In this document: positions 27,554 through 38,049 of the stretch, piece by piece
Position numbering within the stretch: the first letter of the stretch is position 1
Layout of the letters: every line of letters begins with the position of its first letter
Assembly: GCF_963921235.1 (NCBI RefSeq)
Contig: NC_086097.1
Span: 135,162,001 to 135,226,000, forward strand
Reading direction: 5' to 3'
Length of the DNA stretch: 64,000 bases
Source of the DNA: Mobula hypostoma
Taxonomy: Eukaryota
Notes under the pieces: generated by a model
Told to the model about the DNA's origin: nothing
Databases searched by the model: none
Seen by the model: only the letters and a program-made list of their open reading frames with translations
Translations under genes and position numbers: made by a program

Positions 27554-27559
27554 AATAAA
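27554..27559 (+). terminator. Candidate ATAD2 polyadenylation signal
   Basis: AATAAA about 230 nt after the stop, at the end of an AT-rich stretch and just before repeats begin. Confidence 0.6.
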
Positions 27560-27664
27560 ATTTTGATGAAACAACTTGTCCCACCTATCAATGTTGTAAA
27601 TTAGTCAGAATTACCAGCTCAGAAGTAGGCCCATTGACAGCTGACTAAGTCTCTACTATCTATA

Positions 27665-27744
27665 CTGGGGTTCTCAACCTTTTTTATGCTATGGACCAAT
27701 ACCATTAAGTAAGTGGTCTATGGACCCACGACAGGGAACACCTG
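27665..27744. mobile_element. ~80-bp hAT-type MITE; second copy ~45407-45476
   Basis: ctggggttctcaaccttttt...gggaacacctg inverted ends; the second copy ends ggttgggaacccctg. Confidence 0.55.
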
Positions 27745-28681
27745 CTCTGTACTAATTCCATTTCTCAGTACTTGGTCCCTAACCAAGGACACTTTGATGA
27801 TTTAAGTCCTTGCCTAGATGATTAACTGTTCAAAGATTACCTGTCTCTACCATCACCTCAGGGAGCACGTTCCAGATTGCAACCATTCTCTGGATGGGGA
27901 AAAATCTTCCTCATAAGCCCTCTAGCCTTAGATACTTGTACATAATTTGGTATACATTGGAAAAAGGGATTGGATCACCCACAAGAATATATGAAAGGGT
28001 TTCGGCCCAAAATGTCAACTTTCCATAGATGCTGCCTGACCTGCTGAGTTCCTCCAGCATCTTGTGTGTGTTGCTTTGTAAATATAGGGAGGTTTGGGAC
28101 CAGAACAACACCATGTCATCTGAACAATTAAAAACAGTGCAATGAAGATCAAGTCGTTGAATCGTATTCTACTTTACGTTAGAACATTTTTTACTTTGAA
28201 TGTCATTCTGCATTAAGGTTTCAATGCTCTGCTTGTTTAGGAGAGGATTACAGTCAACATGAGAGAGATCTGTCCTAGAGGATACTGGGCTGTGTGGTTA
28301 AGTTGTTTTTGAAGGGGTGTTATTAATTTATTTTATAGGCATGGGAGATTTGACTGACTTGGCATCACTATCCAGGACCAATGCATAATTTGCAGTGACT
28401 CCAACTACTTATCAGGTCCCTCTTCAGCCTCTGCTCCAAATAGCCAATGCAGTCTTTCGCACCTTGAACCTCCATTCCAGGCAACATGCTGGTGAATTTT
28501 TCCTGCACTCTCCACCGCAATCATGTCTGTTTTATTGTGAGATGATCAGAGCTGCTCACAAATTCTGGCTGTGGCCTAATTGTTTATTCTGTTTTGCATG
28601 TGCTTAGATTACTATTCTAACTCGCAATGCTAGCTTGCTATATTGATCACTTCAGTCTTGAATACTGTTTCTGAAAGAGAA

Positions 28682-29014
28682 ATGGTATATTTGTCCTTGA
28701 TACTACGTTACCCGACATTCCAGCTGAGAACCCCTTATTGACAATTCTACGAACTGACCTCGGAATTTCTCATCTTTGTTCAATTTTGTTTACCAGATTT
28801 TATTCAGGTTAAAAACGGTCACAAACTTTCAGTTGAGGATTTGCAAGTAAAAGTTAGGAAAATAATATTGCCACAATTTGTGCAGACACTCTTCAAAGAT
28901 GAAGGTGTCTTGGAAATGTACATGTATCATACCAACAACCATGTCAATACAGGCGAAGGAGGAAGAAACACCCAACAAAAGATTTCATTTGAATAGCAAG
29001 AATACTTTGTACAG
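28682..29014 (+). pseudogene. Relic coding exon X1 of an unidentified multi-exon gene
   Basis: 111 codons MVYLSLILRYPTFQLRTPY*QFYELTSEFLIFVQFCLPDFIQVKNGHKLSVEDLQVKVRKIILPQFVQTLFKDEGVLEMY...KISFE*QEYFVQ with 2 stops; strong phase-0 donor CAG|gtaaga; 5' edge uncertain (ATG 28682 or acceptor at 28655). Confidence 0.6.
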
Positions 29015-29399
29015 GTAAGAATATTACATCTGCATCAAGGAAAACAAAGCAAACAATTTACAGAATTAATAGGAATGGGAAATGATGACAATAGACCCAC
29101 AACAGTTAAATGGCAATAATAAACAATTGTTTCAAACTTCTGCGGAAATAATTCTGTCCTTAGCTTTGTCCGGGTCTGGTAAACAAGTAGATGGTTTGAA
29201 TGTAACCATGATTTTCAAATTTATTATGAGAAAACCTATCACAACAAATAGTTTCACAGCTTATTTGATTTTAATGTTTTCTGGGGAAAGAATACTTAAT
29301 TACAATTAAATCAATTGTACTGCTCTTCTGTCAAAAGCAGAAAATAATTTGGCATGGTTACATCCAGCTTATTGGGCAATGTAAACTCCAATTAGCAAC

Positions 29400-30025
29400 T
29401 TTTTAGATACTTTATTGATCCCAAGGAAAATTAGTGTCTCAGTAGTCTTACAAATGCACAGAAATATTAGAAAATAAGAAAGAGTAAAAAATAAGTTACC
29501 TCAAACAGTCTTAACCGGTGGGGGGGGGGGGGGGGTCATCATTTCACCTGCTGTAGGTTGAGTTATTATAGAGCCTCATGGCAGACGGTAAAAGTGACCT
29601 CATGTAGCGCTCTTTGGAGCTGTGCAGTTTTCCTCTGTTCAGCCAAGGTAGCATACAGAGGGTGAGAAACATTGTCCAGAATTGCCAGGATTTTCCGTGG
29701 GGTCCTTTGTTCTGCCACAGCCTCCAGTGTGTCCAGTTTGACTCCTATAACAGAGCCAGCCTTTCTAATCAGTTTATTGAGCCTGTTGACGTCATCCATG
29801 TTGATGCCATTGCGCCAGTACACCACTGCATAGGAGATTGTACTGGCAACATCAGATTGGTAGAACATGTGAAGGAGAGGCCTGCATTAGTCAAAGGACC
29901 TGTCTCCCGAGGAAACACATGACCCTGACCCTTGTACGCAGCCTCTGGTGCTCCACTCGAGTTTGTCAGCCAGGTGCACCCCCGAGTACCTGTTGGTCCT
30001 CACCACAACCGCGTCCTCACCATCA
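29400..30025 (-). mobile_element. Rex1/Babar-type LINE 3' fragment; related piece at ~46525-46730 (+)
   Basis: MFYQSDVASTISYAVVYW...RLNKLIRKAGSVIG...SHPL; YLEVHLDDRLEWSTN...HLYFLRR. Confidence 0.7.
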
Positions 30026-30252
30026 ATTTAAAGATTTGAGGATATGAAGGGATATAAATTTAATGTAAGTCAAGTCTGAAGTACATTTATTATCAAAAAA
30101 TGTGTGTATATATCACCATATATAACCCTGAGATTTGTTTTTTGCGCATATTCAGTAAATCCAAGAACCCGTAACAGAATCAATAAAGGCAACACTCAAC
30201 AGGGATTCCAAAGGATTTTGCACTAGCTGATTTTTTTTTTCACTGTTTGTAG

Positions 30253-30391
30253 AATCATAATGGCAATGTAGTTGCAGTATAGAAGATACTTAATGCATTC
30301 TGTGCAATCTTTGAAGGTGGGATTTTGGATGATCAATGCCTGTTTAGCATAGACAAAATTTATTGTAAATATGCCCTTTGCTGTTATAAAG
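30253..30391 (+). pseudogene. Relic coding exon X2
   Basis: T-run acceptor ...cactgtttgtag|, donor AAAG|gtaact; NHNGNVVAV*KILNAFCAIFEGGILDDQCLFSIDKIYCKYALCCYK; enters phase 0, exits phase 1. Confidence 0.62.
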
Positions 30392-30831
30392 GTAACTGGC
30401 ACTGGAAGACCCATTAGTACAAATGTTTGACAAAATCAAATGTCTGGTTTAGTTACAGAGCAAAATACTTTCAAAGTGTTGGCATGATAACTTAAATTGG
30501 ATAATTCTGTATTATATTAGTTTAATACAGTACACAAGTACACAATGTAAAAGTTCAAGAAATGTTGCAAAGTAACAAACACTAGCTTTTAGCTGATTTT
30601 TTTTTTCAAAATGAGATTGGGGACATGTGTCTTGAGTCATCTGCAATCCCTGTAATTTTATACTGTTCTGCTGAAAATGAGATTTGAATCCATTGTTTTT
30701 TAAATACTGAACACTAACTGATATTCAATTTTCAAAGTATTATAATAATGTAAAAGTACTGGGGTCTTACTGATGTGCCTAATATTTCGTAGCAAAGCAA
30801 ATTCCTGTGCATTACTTCCTCTTTGTTACAG

Positions 30832-31313
30832 AGTGCTACCTTATTGACCTATTGCAATTTTACAGAAAACTAGATGCATTTGCAATGGCATATGCTTATT
30901 TCATAGCTAGAAAGGAAACTATACATTATCAGATGCTTAGATACCCTGAAGGTCAAAGATACCTGACAAACTGCAAATCAAGTTCTAAAAACGTGGTCTT
31001 GAATTATTACCTGGACAATCTTTTGTAAATGGCAAACATAAGTTGCCTTCCAAAATTTAAATTTGTCCCGAAGGCTGAAGATGTTCCCATTCCCTCTAGC
31101 TGTCTTAAACGTTGGCACCTCGAGCTTGAAAGGATAAACACCACCTCTCCTTAATATACAAAAAGAACCTGGTTTTTGGAAAACATTTCAAGTGAAGTTT
31201 CGTTAAGCAAAGAATGGGTAAAATGCATTGGTTATATCAGTATAGCTTCTGTATTCCTGATTAATTTACATAAGTTTTTGGTATGTTTTTAATTGATGGC
31301 ACAAAAATATTTG
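30832..31313 (+). pseudogene. Relic coding exon X3
   Basis: cttcctctttgttacag|AG completes GAG with X2; ECYLIDLLQFYRKLDAFAMAYAYFIARKETIHYQMLRYPEGQRYLTNCK...NLL*MANISCLPKF...TSP*YTKRTWFLEN...; 3' end uncertain (donors after 31217, 31280 or 31313). Confidence 0.6.
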
Positions 31314-31440
31314 GTGAGGAATTACTTTACCTACAGTAATATTCCATTCTGTTGTGCAGGCTATACTGTCCTGATTTTTAAAGACTGGTTTGTTACTGCA
31401 TTTTAAATACTGTAAAATAGCTTTAATGTCAAATTAACTT

Positions 31441-33912
31441 AGGAGAAGGTAATGGAGGCAGCAGTTAGGGCAGTCGAGTGCTCCGTTTGCAGGATGAGGG
31501 AAGTCAGGGCAAGCACAATTGCCCCTGATGACTACACCTGTAAAAGGTGCATCCAGCTGCAGCTCCTGACAAACCGAGTTAGGGAGCTGGATGAACTTCG
31601 GATCATTCATGAGGCAGAAATAAACAGGAGTTACAGAGAGATACTCACCTCTAAAAGTCAGGAGGCAGGTAGCTGGGTGACTGTCAGGAAAGGGAAGGGG
31701 AGTAGAGAGAATGAGCAGAGCACCTCTGTGGCCATTCCCATCAATAATAAGTATACCGTTTTGGATACTGTTGGTGGGGACGACCTACCAGGGACAAGTT
31801 GCAGTGGTTGCGTCTTTGGCACCGAGACTGGACCCTCAGCTCAGAATGGAAGGAGGGAAAAGAGGAGAGCAGTAGTGATAGGGGATTCGATAGGGGGACA
31901 GATAAGAGGTTCTGTGGAAGAGATTGAGAATCCCCGATGGTCTGTTGCCTCCCTGGTGCCAGGGTCCGCAATATCTCGGACCGAGTTCTCAGTATTCTCG
32001 AGGGAGGGTGAGCAGCCAGATGTCGTGATCCATGTAGGGACCAATGACGTGGATAGGAAGAAGGAGGAGCTCCTGCGAAGAGATTTTAGGGAGTTAGGTG
32101 CAAAGTTGAAGGACAGGACCTCCAGGGTTGCAAACTCAGGATTGCTACCCCTGCCACGTGCTAGTGAGGCTAGAAATAGGAAGATAATGCAGCTAAGTAT
32201 GTAGCTAAGGAGTTGGTGCAGGAGGGAGGGCTTCATGTTTCTGGACAATTGGGCCTTGTTCCAGGGAAGGTGGGACCTGTTCCGACGGGACGGGTTGCAC
32301 CTGAACTGGAGGGGACTAACGTCCTTGCAGGAAGGTTTGCTAGTGCTGCTCTTTGGGGGGGGGGGTTAAACTAGATTTGCAGGGGGAGGGGAACCAGATT
32401 GTTAGAGCAGATAGTGAGGTGGAGGAGGATAAAGGTCATGTGAGAACTGCAAGTATAGTGCATGAATTAAAGCCAGATCTAACATACAAAGAGGCTTTGA
32501 GGAAAGAGAAGCAGAATAAAGGGTGTAAAGGTAGTAAGGTAGAAGGGCTAAAGTGCGTGTACTTCAATGCAACAAGCATCAGGAACAAAGGTGATGAACT
32601 GAGAGCTTGGATACATACATAGAATTATGATGTAGTGGCCATTACAGAGACTTGGCTGGCACCAGGGCAGGAATGGATTCTCAATATTCCTGGATTTCAG
32701 TGCTTTAAAAGGGATGGGGGGGGAGGGAAGGAGGGGTGGCATTACTGGTCAGGGATACTATTACAGCTACAAAAAGGCTGGGTAATGTAGCAGGATCCTC
32801 TTTTGAGTCAGTATGGGTAGAAGTCAGGAACAGGACGGGAGCAGTTACTCTATTGGGGGTATTCTATCGGCTCCCTGGAAGCAGCAGAGATACTGAGGAG
32901 CAGATTGGGAGGCAGATTTTGGAAAGTTGCAAAAATAACAGGGTTGTTATCATGGGTGACTTTAACTTCCCTAATATTGATTGGCACCTGATTAGTTCCA
33001 ATGGTTTAGACAGGGCAGAGTTTGTTAAGTGTGTCCAGGATGGATTCCTGTCACAGTATGTGGACAGGCCAACCACGGGGAATGCCATACGAGATCTAGT
33101 ACTAGGTAATGAACCGGGTCAGGTCACAGATCTGTCAGTGGGTGAGCATCTGGGGGACAGTGACCACCGCTCCCTGGCCTTTAGCATTATCATGGAAGAG
33201 GATAGAATCAAAGAGGACAGCAAAATTCTTAATTGGGGAAAGGCAAATTATGAGGCTATAAGGCTAGAACTTGCGGGTGTGAATTGGGATGATGTTTTTG
33301 CAGGGAAATGTACTATGGACATGTGGTCGATGTTTAGAGATCTCTTGCGGGACATAAGGGATAAATTTGTCCCGGTGGGGAAGATAAAGAATGGTAGGGT
33401 GAAGGAACCATGGGTGACAAGTGAGGTGGAAAATCTAGTCAGGTGGAAGAAGGCAGCATACATGAGGTTTAGGAAGCAAGGATCAGATGGGTCTATTGAG
33501 GAATATAGGGAAGCAAGAAAGGAGCTTAAGGGGCTGAGAAGAGCAAGAAGGGGGCATGAGAAGGCCTTGGTGAGCAGGGTAAAGGAAAACTCCAAGGCAC
33601 TCTTCAATTATGTGAAGAACAAAAGAAGGACAGGAGTTAAGGTAGGACTGATTAGAGATAAAGGTGGGAAGATGTGCCTGGAGTTCAAGTGGGATATTAG
33701 AGGAAGGTTTTTTTTACTCAGAGTGGTTGGTGTGTGGAATGCACTGCCTGAGTCAGTGGTGGAAGCAGATACACTAGTGAAATTTAAGAGACTACTAGAC
33801 AGGTATATGGAGGAATTTAAGGTGGGGGGTTATATGGGAGGCAGGGTTTAAGGGTCAGCATAACATTGTGAGCCGAAGGGCCTGTACTGTGCTGTACTGT
33901 TCTATGTTCTAT
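31441..33912 (+). mobile_element. CR1 with ORF1 and APE but RT deleted
   Basis: ORF1 ECSVC...CKRC and VVIHVGTND; ORF 32736-33851 joins APE/tether to the ORF2 C-terminus at ~33683; CR1 tail ctgttctatgttct. Confidence 0.9.
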
Positions 33913-33975
33913 ATCAAGCTGGGAGTGTTCTTGGCCAATAAAGGGAAAAAATCATCCTCATTCTGTTGATTGTAG

Positions 33976-34132
33976 GAATTTGTATGCAAACTAGCTATGA
34001 GTCTATAAAACCATATTAACTTGAATGCTCATTAGAAAACAGTCAATGTATTTCCTTTTTCAAAAAGAAAGAATTTGAGGAACTGCAAGCCAGTTTACCA
34101 CATTGTTAGTATGATGATCAAGGAAACAACTA
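33976..34132 (+). pseudogene. Relic exon X4, 5' part (cut by the Tc1 insertion; continues 37608-37698)
   Basis: ttctgttgattgtag|GA ATT...; ICMQTSYESIKPY*LECSLENSQCISFFKKKEFEELQASLPHC*YDDQGNN; the same frame resumes YYPIATQNSFMKSTFYKFDRSQPTEHIVPM* after the TE block. Confidence 0.4.
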
Positions 34133-36580
34133 CAGAGGTACTAGAAAGTTTATTTTCTTCATAATTTTCTTTCTGCATAAATAGGCCCTAAAATGTGATC
34201 AGATCTTCAGGCAAATCCTAAAACTAGATAGAGAACCCAATTAAATAAATAACACAAAAGTTACACTTAATTTATTCATTGAGGAAAAACAATCCATATT
34301 ATGTATTTGTTAGAAAAAGTATGTGAAAGTAGCTTTCAATAACTGGTATGAACCCCCCTCCCCCAATACAGCAATAACTTCAACCAAACGTTTCTGGTAA
34401 CTTGATAAGTTCTGCACACTGGCTCAGAGCAATTTTAGGCCATTCCTCTTTACAAAACTGCTTCAACTCTGGGATGTTAGTTGGCTTCCTTGCATGAACT
34501 ACTTGCTTCAGGTCCTTTCACAACATTCCTTTAGGATTAAGGTCATGATGTTGAGTCAGCCATTCCAAAACATTAACTTTCTTCTTTTCAAACCATTCTG
34601 TTGTTGATTTACTCTTGCCTTTTGGATCATTGTCTTCTTGTATTATCAAATTTTATTAAGTTTCAGGCGATGGACTGCTATTCTGACATTCTCCTGCAAA
34701 ATATCTTGATACAATTTTGAATTCATTGTCCCCACAACGATTGCAAGCTGTCTAGGCCCCGAGGCAGCAAAACAGCCTCAAACCATGATACTCCTTCCAG
34801 CATGCTTCATAGTTGGGATGAGATTCTGGTGTTGGCATGCAGTGCCCTTTATCCTCCAAACATAGCGGTATGCATTTCTGCCATAAAGTTCAACTTTTGT
34901 CTCATCTGTCCCCAGAAGTACTGTAGAACATCTAGGTGGTCTTTTGCAAACTTGAGACATGCAGCAATTTTTTTTTTGGAGTGCAGTGGTTTCCTCCATG
35001 GCATCCTTCCATGAACACCAGTCTTGTTCAGTGTTTTTTCTTAGTGGATGCAGGAGATCCACTCTAAGAAAGTTCTAGAGATTTCCGTAGGTCTTTTGCT
35101 TGTTACCCTTGGGTTCTTTTTCACCTCCTTCAGTATTCAACATTGTGATCTTTGCAGGTTATCCACTCCTAGGGAGAACAGCAACAGTACTGAATTTCCT
35201 CCATTTGTAGACAATTCCTCTTACTGTGGACTGATGAACACTCAAGTCTTTAGAAATGCCTTTGTAGCTTTTTTTTTCCAACTTCATGCATCTCTACAAT
35301 TCTTCTACAATGCATCTCTACACATAAACAAATCTTCCTTGAAGAGTAGGCTCTGTTAGCAACCTGCCTTTGTCTCTCTTTTAATAGAGCAGGCAACCTC
35401 TACAACCCACACCTCCAATCTCATCTCATAAGATCTCAAGACAAAGGAGAAGTAGGCCATTTGGCCCATCGAGTCTGCTCTGCCACTCCACCATGAGCTA
35501 AACTATTCTCCCATCTACTTCCAATTTCCCGCCTTTTCCCCATATCCCTTGATACCCTGACTAATTAGATACCTATCAACCTCATCCTTAAACACCCTCA
35601 ATGATCGGGGCTCCAGAGCTGTATGTGGCAATGAATTCCATAAATCCACGACCCTCTGGCTAAAAAAAAAAACTCCATCTCTGTTTTAAATGGTACCCTC
35701 TAATTCTTAGTCTGTGGCTTCTTGTCCTGGACTCACCCACCAAGGGAAACAGCCTTTCCACACCTACCCTGTCCAACCCTTTGAACATTTGAAATGTTAC
35801 TAAGAGATCCCCTCTCGTTCTTCTATACTCTAATGAATACAGTCCAAGAGCTGACAAATGCTCCTCATATGTTGGCCCCTGCATTCCAGGAATCATCCTC
35901 GTAAATCTTCTCTGAACTCTCTCCAACATTAGTACATCCCTACTAAGATAGGGGGCCCAAAACTGCACACAGTATTCCAAAAGAGGTCTCACCAGTGCCC
36001 CATACAGCCTCATCAACACCTCCTTACTCTGGTACACTATTCCTCTTGAAATGAATGCCAACATAGCATTCTCTTCCCTTACCTCCAATCCAACCTGGTG
36101 GTTAACCTTTAGGGTATCCTGCACGAGGACCCCAAGTCCCTTTGCACTTCGAGTTTTAATTTTTCTCCCCGTCTAAATAATAATCTGCCCGATTATTTCT
36201 TTCAAAATGTACAACCAGACATTTCTCAACATGGTAGAAGAGATACAATTTCTTTGCCCACTCTCCTAAACTGACCAAGTCTCTCTGCAACCTTTGTTTT
36301 TTCAACACTTCCTGCTCCTCCACCTATCTTGGTGTCATCCGCAAACTTGGCCACAAAACCATTTAATCAATCTCATTGATTGTAATACCTGACTCCAAAA
36401 AGCTTTTGTAGAAGGCATTACCCTAGAGGTTCACATACCTTTTCCAACAAATACATGTAATATTGGATCATTTTTCTCAATAAATAAATGAACAAGTATA
36501 ATGTTTGTGCTACTTAATTTGGTTCTCTTTATCCAGTTTTAGGACTTAATGTAAAGATCTGATCACATTTTAGGTCCATG
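34133..36580 (-). mobile_element. Tc1-like transposon with ~200-bp inverted repeats, decayed
   Basis: TA|CAGAGGTACTAGAAAGTTT; 34185-34327 is inverted at 36430-36575; minus-strand TDETKVELYGRN...LIPTMKHAGRSIMV matches the Tc1 DDE-domain start. Confidence 0.85.
35430..36369 (-). mobile_element. CR1 3' fragment nested in the Tc1
   Basis: LVRPLLEYCVQFWAPY...LERVQRRFTRMIPG; 7-bp duplication ATCTCAT at 35423-35429 and 36370-36376. Confidence 0.85.
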
Positions 36581-36779
36581 ATATGCTGTCCTTTACCTAC
36601 TTCAGTATCAATCTAACCCTTCCTTCATACATAACACTTAATTATTCTGACATCCATATGCCCATCAAAGGGTTTCTTAGATATCCCTTATGTATTTACC
36701 TCTACCACCACCCCTAGCAAGGTGTTCCAGGTACTCTTAGGTCTGTGTAAAGAACTTACCTGTAACATCTCCCTTACAC

Positions 36780-37604
36780 AAAGATAGGTAGAGGGGCAGG
36801 TAGTTTTGAGGAAGCAGAGGGAATACAGGACTTGAGACAGATGAGGAGAATGGGCAAAAGATGTACCAGATGGAACATAGTGACAGGCCATGTACTTTGC
36901 CTTAAAGAAATAAAAAATGTAGACTACTTTCTAGATAGAGAGAGAACTCCAATCTGAGGTGCAAAGGAAATGGGGAGTCCTCATGTAGGGTTCCCTAAAG
37001 ATTAGCTTGCAGGATGAGTCAGTGGTGAGGATGGCAAATGGAATGTTCGCATTCTTTTTGAGAGGACTAGAATATAAAAGCAAGGAAGTAGCGTTGAAAC
37101 TTTCTAAGGCACTGGTAAGGCCTCACGGAGTACTAGGAGCAGTTTTGGGCCCCTTATCTAAGAAGGGATGTGCTGACATTGGAAAGGATGCAAAGACGGT
37201 TTATGAAAATAATTCTGGGATTGAAAGGCTTATAATGAGTGTTTGAGGGCTTGGTCTGTTGTCACTGGAATGCAGAATGACTGGATCTTATTAAAGCCTA
37301 TTGAATGTTAAAGGAGTGGATATTTCCTATGGTGGATAGTTTAAGACTAGAGGGAGCAGCCTCAGACTAGAAAGATGTCCATTTAACACAGAGATGGGAA
37401 ATTTCTTCAACCAGGGCGTGGCGAATCTGTGGAATTCACTGCCATAGGTCCAGGTGGAGGCCAAGTCATTGGGTATATTTAAGGCACAGGTTGATTAGTC
37501 AGGATATGGGGTGAAGGCAGGAGAATAGGGCTGAGCGGGAAAATGGATCAGTCATAATGAAATAGAGACTTAATGGGCCAAATGCTCCTATATCTTATGG
37601 TCTT
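36780..37604 (+). mobile_element. Decayed CR1 3' fragment
   Basis: ANGMFAFFLRGLEYKSKEV..LVRPH; tail cctatatcttatggtctt. Confidence 0.75.
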
Positions 37605-38049
37605 GTACTATCCTATAGCAACCCAAAATAGTTTTATGAAAAGCACGTTTTACAAATTTGATAGAAGTCAACCAACTGAGCACATTGTCCCTATGTAATC
37701 AATGATTTGTTTTAATATATATGTTTATAAGTTGGATAATTCACAAGTCAAAAAATACACGTCGCTCTATATAAGCATACCTCCATAGTATTGTAATGAA
37801 TGACATTTACTGCAGGAGACTCAAAGCATAAGTTACTTAAAAAGTCGCAGGTAGGAAACAAGTTCTGGTCTTAAGAATTAATGTACTTAAGACGTTTTAA
37901 TTTACTATATGGAAGCTCGTACGTAGGGGTGTTCATGGTGCCATGAAAGGCTGATGCATAAACGAAGAACACAGTATAGGAGGAACAGATGGTTGAAAAC
38001 GAGTTGGAATACATGGGTCCTTTCCAGGATGGATGGATGGATGTGATTG

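Noticed and set aside
31011..31149. Apparent minus-strand exon (ttaag|...CCAG|gtaata) with two open frames, plus a minus-strand terminal exon 28799-29029 with AATAAA
   Set aside because: Both overlap the plus-strand relic exons, which have better phase continuity. Open antisense frames are common opposite coding DNA. They remain possible only as exons of a non-coding antisense RNA.
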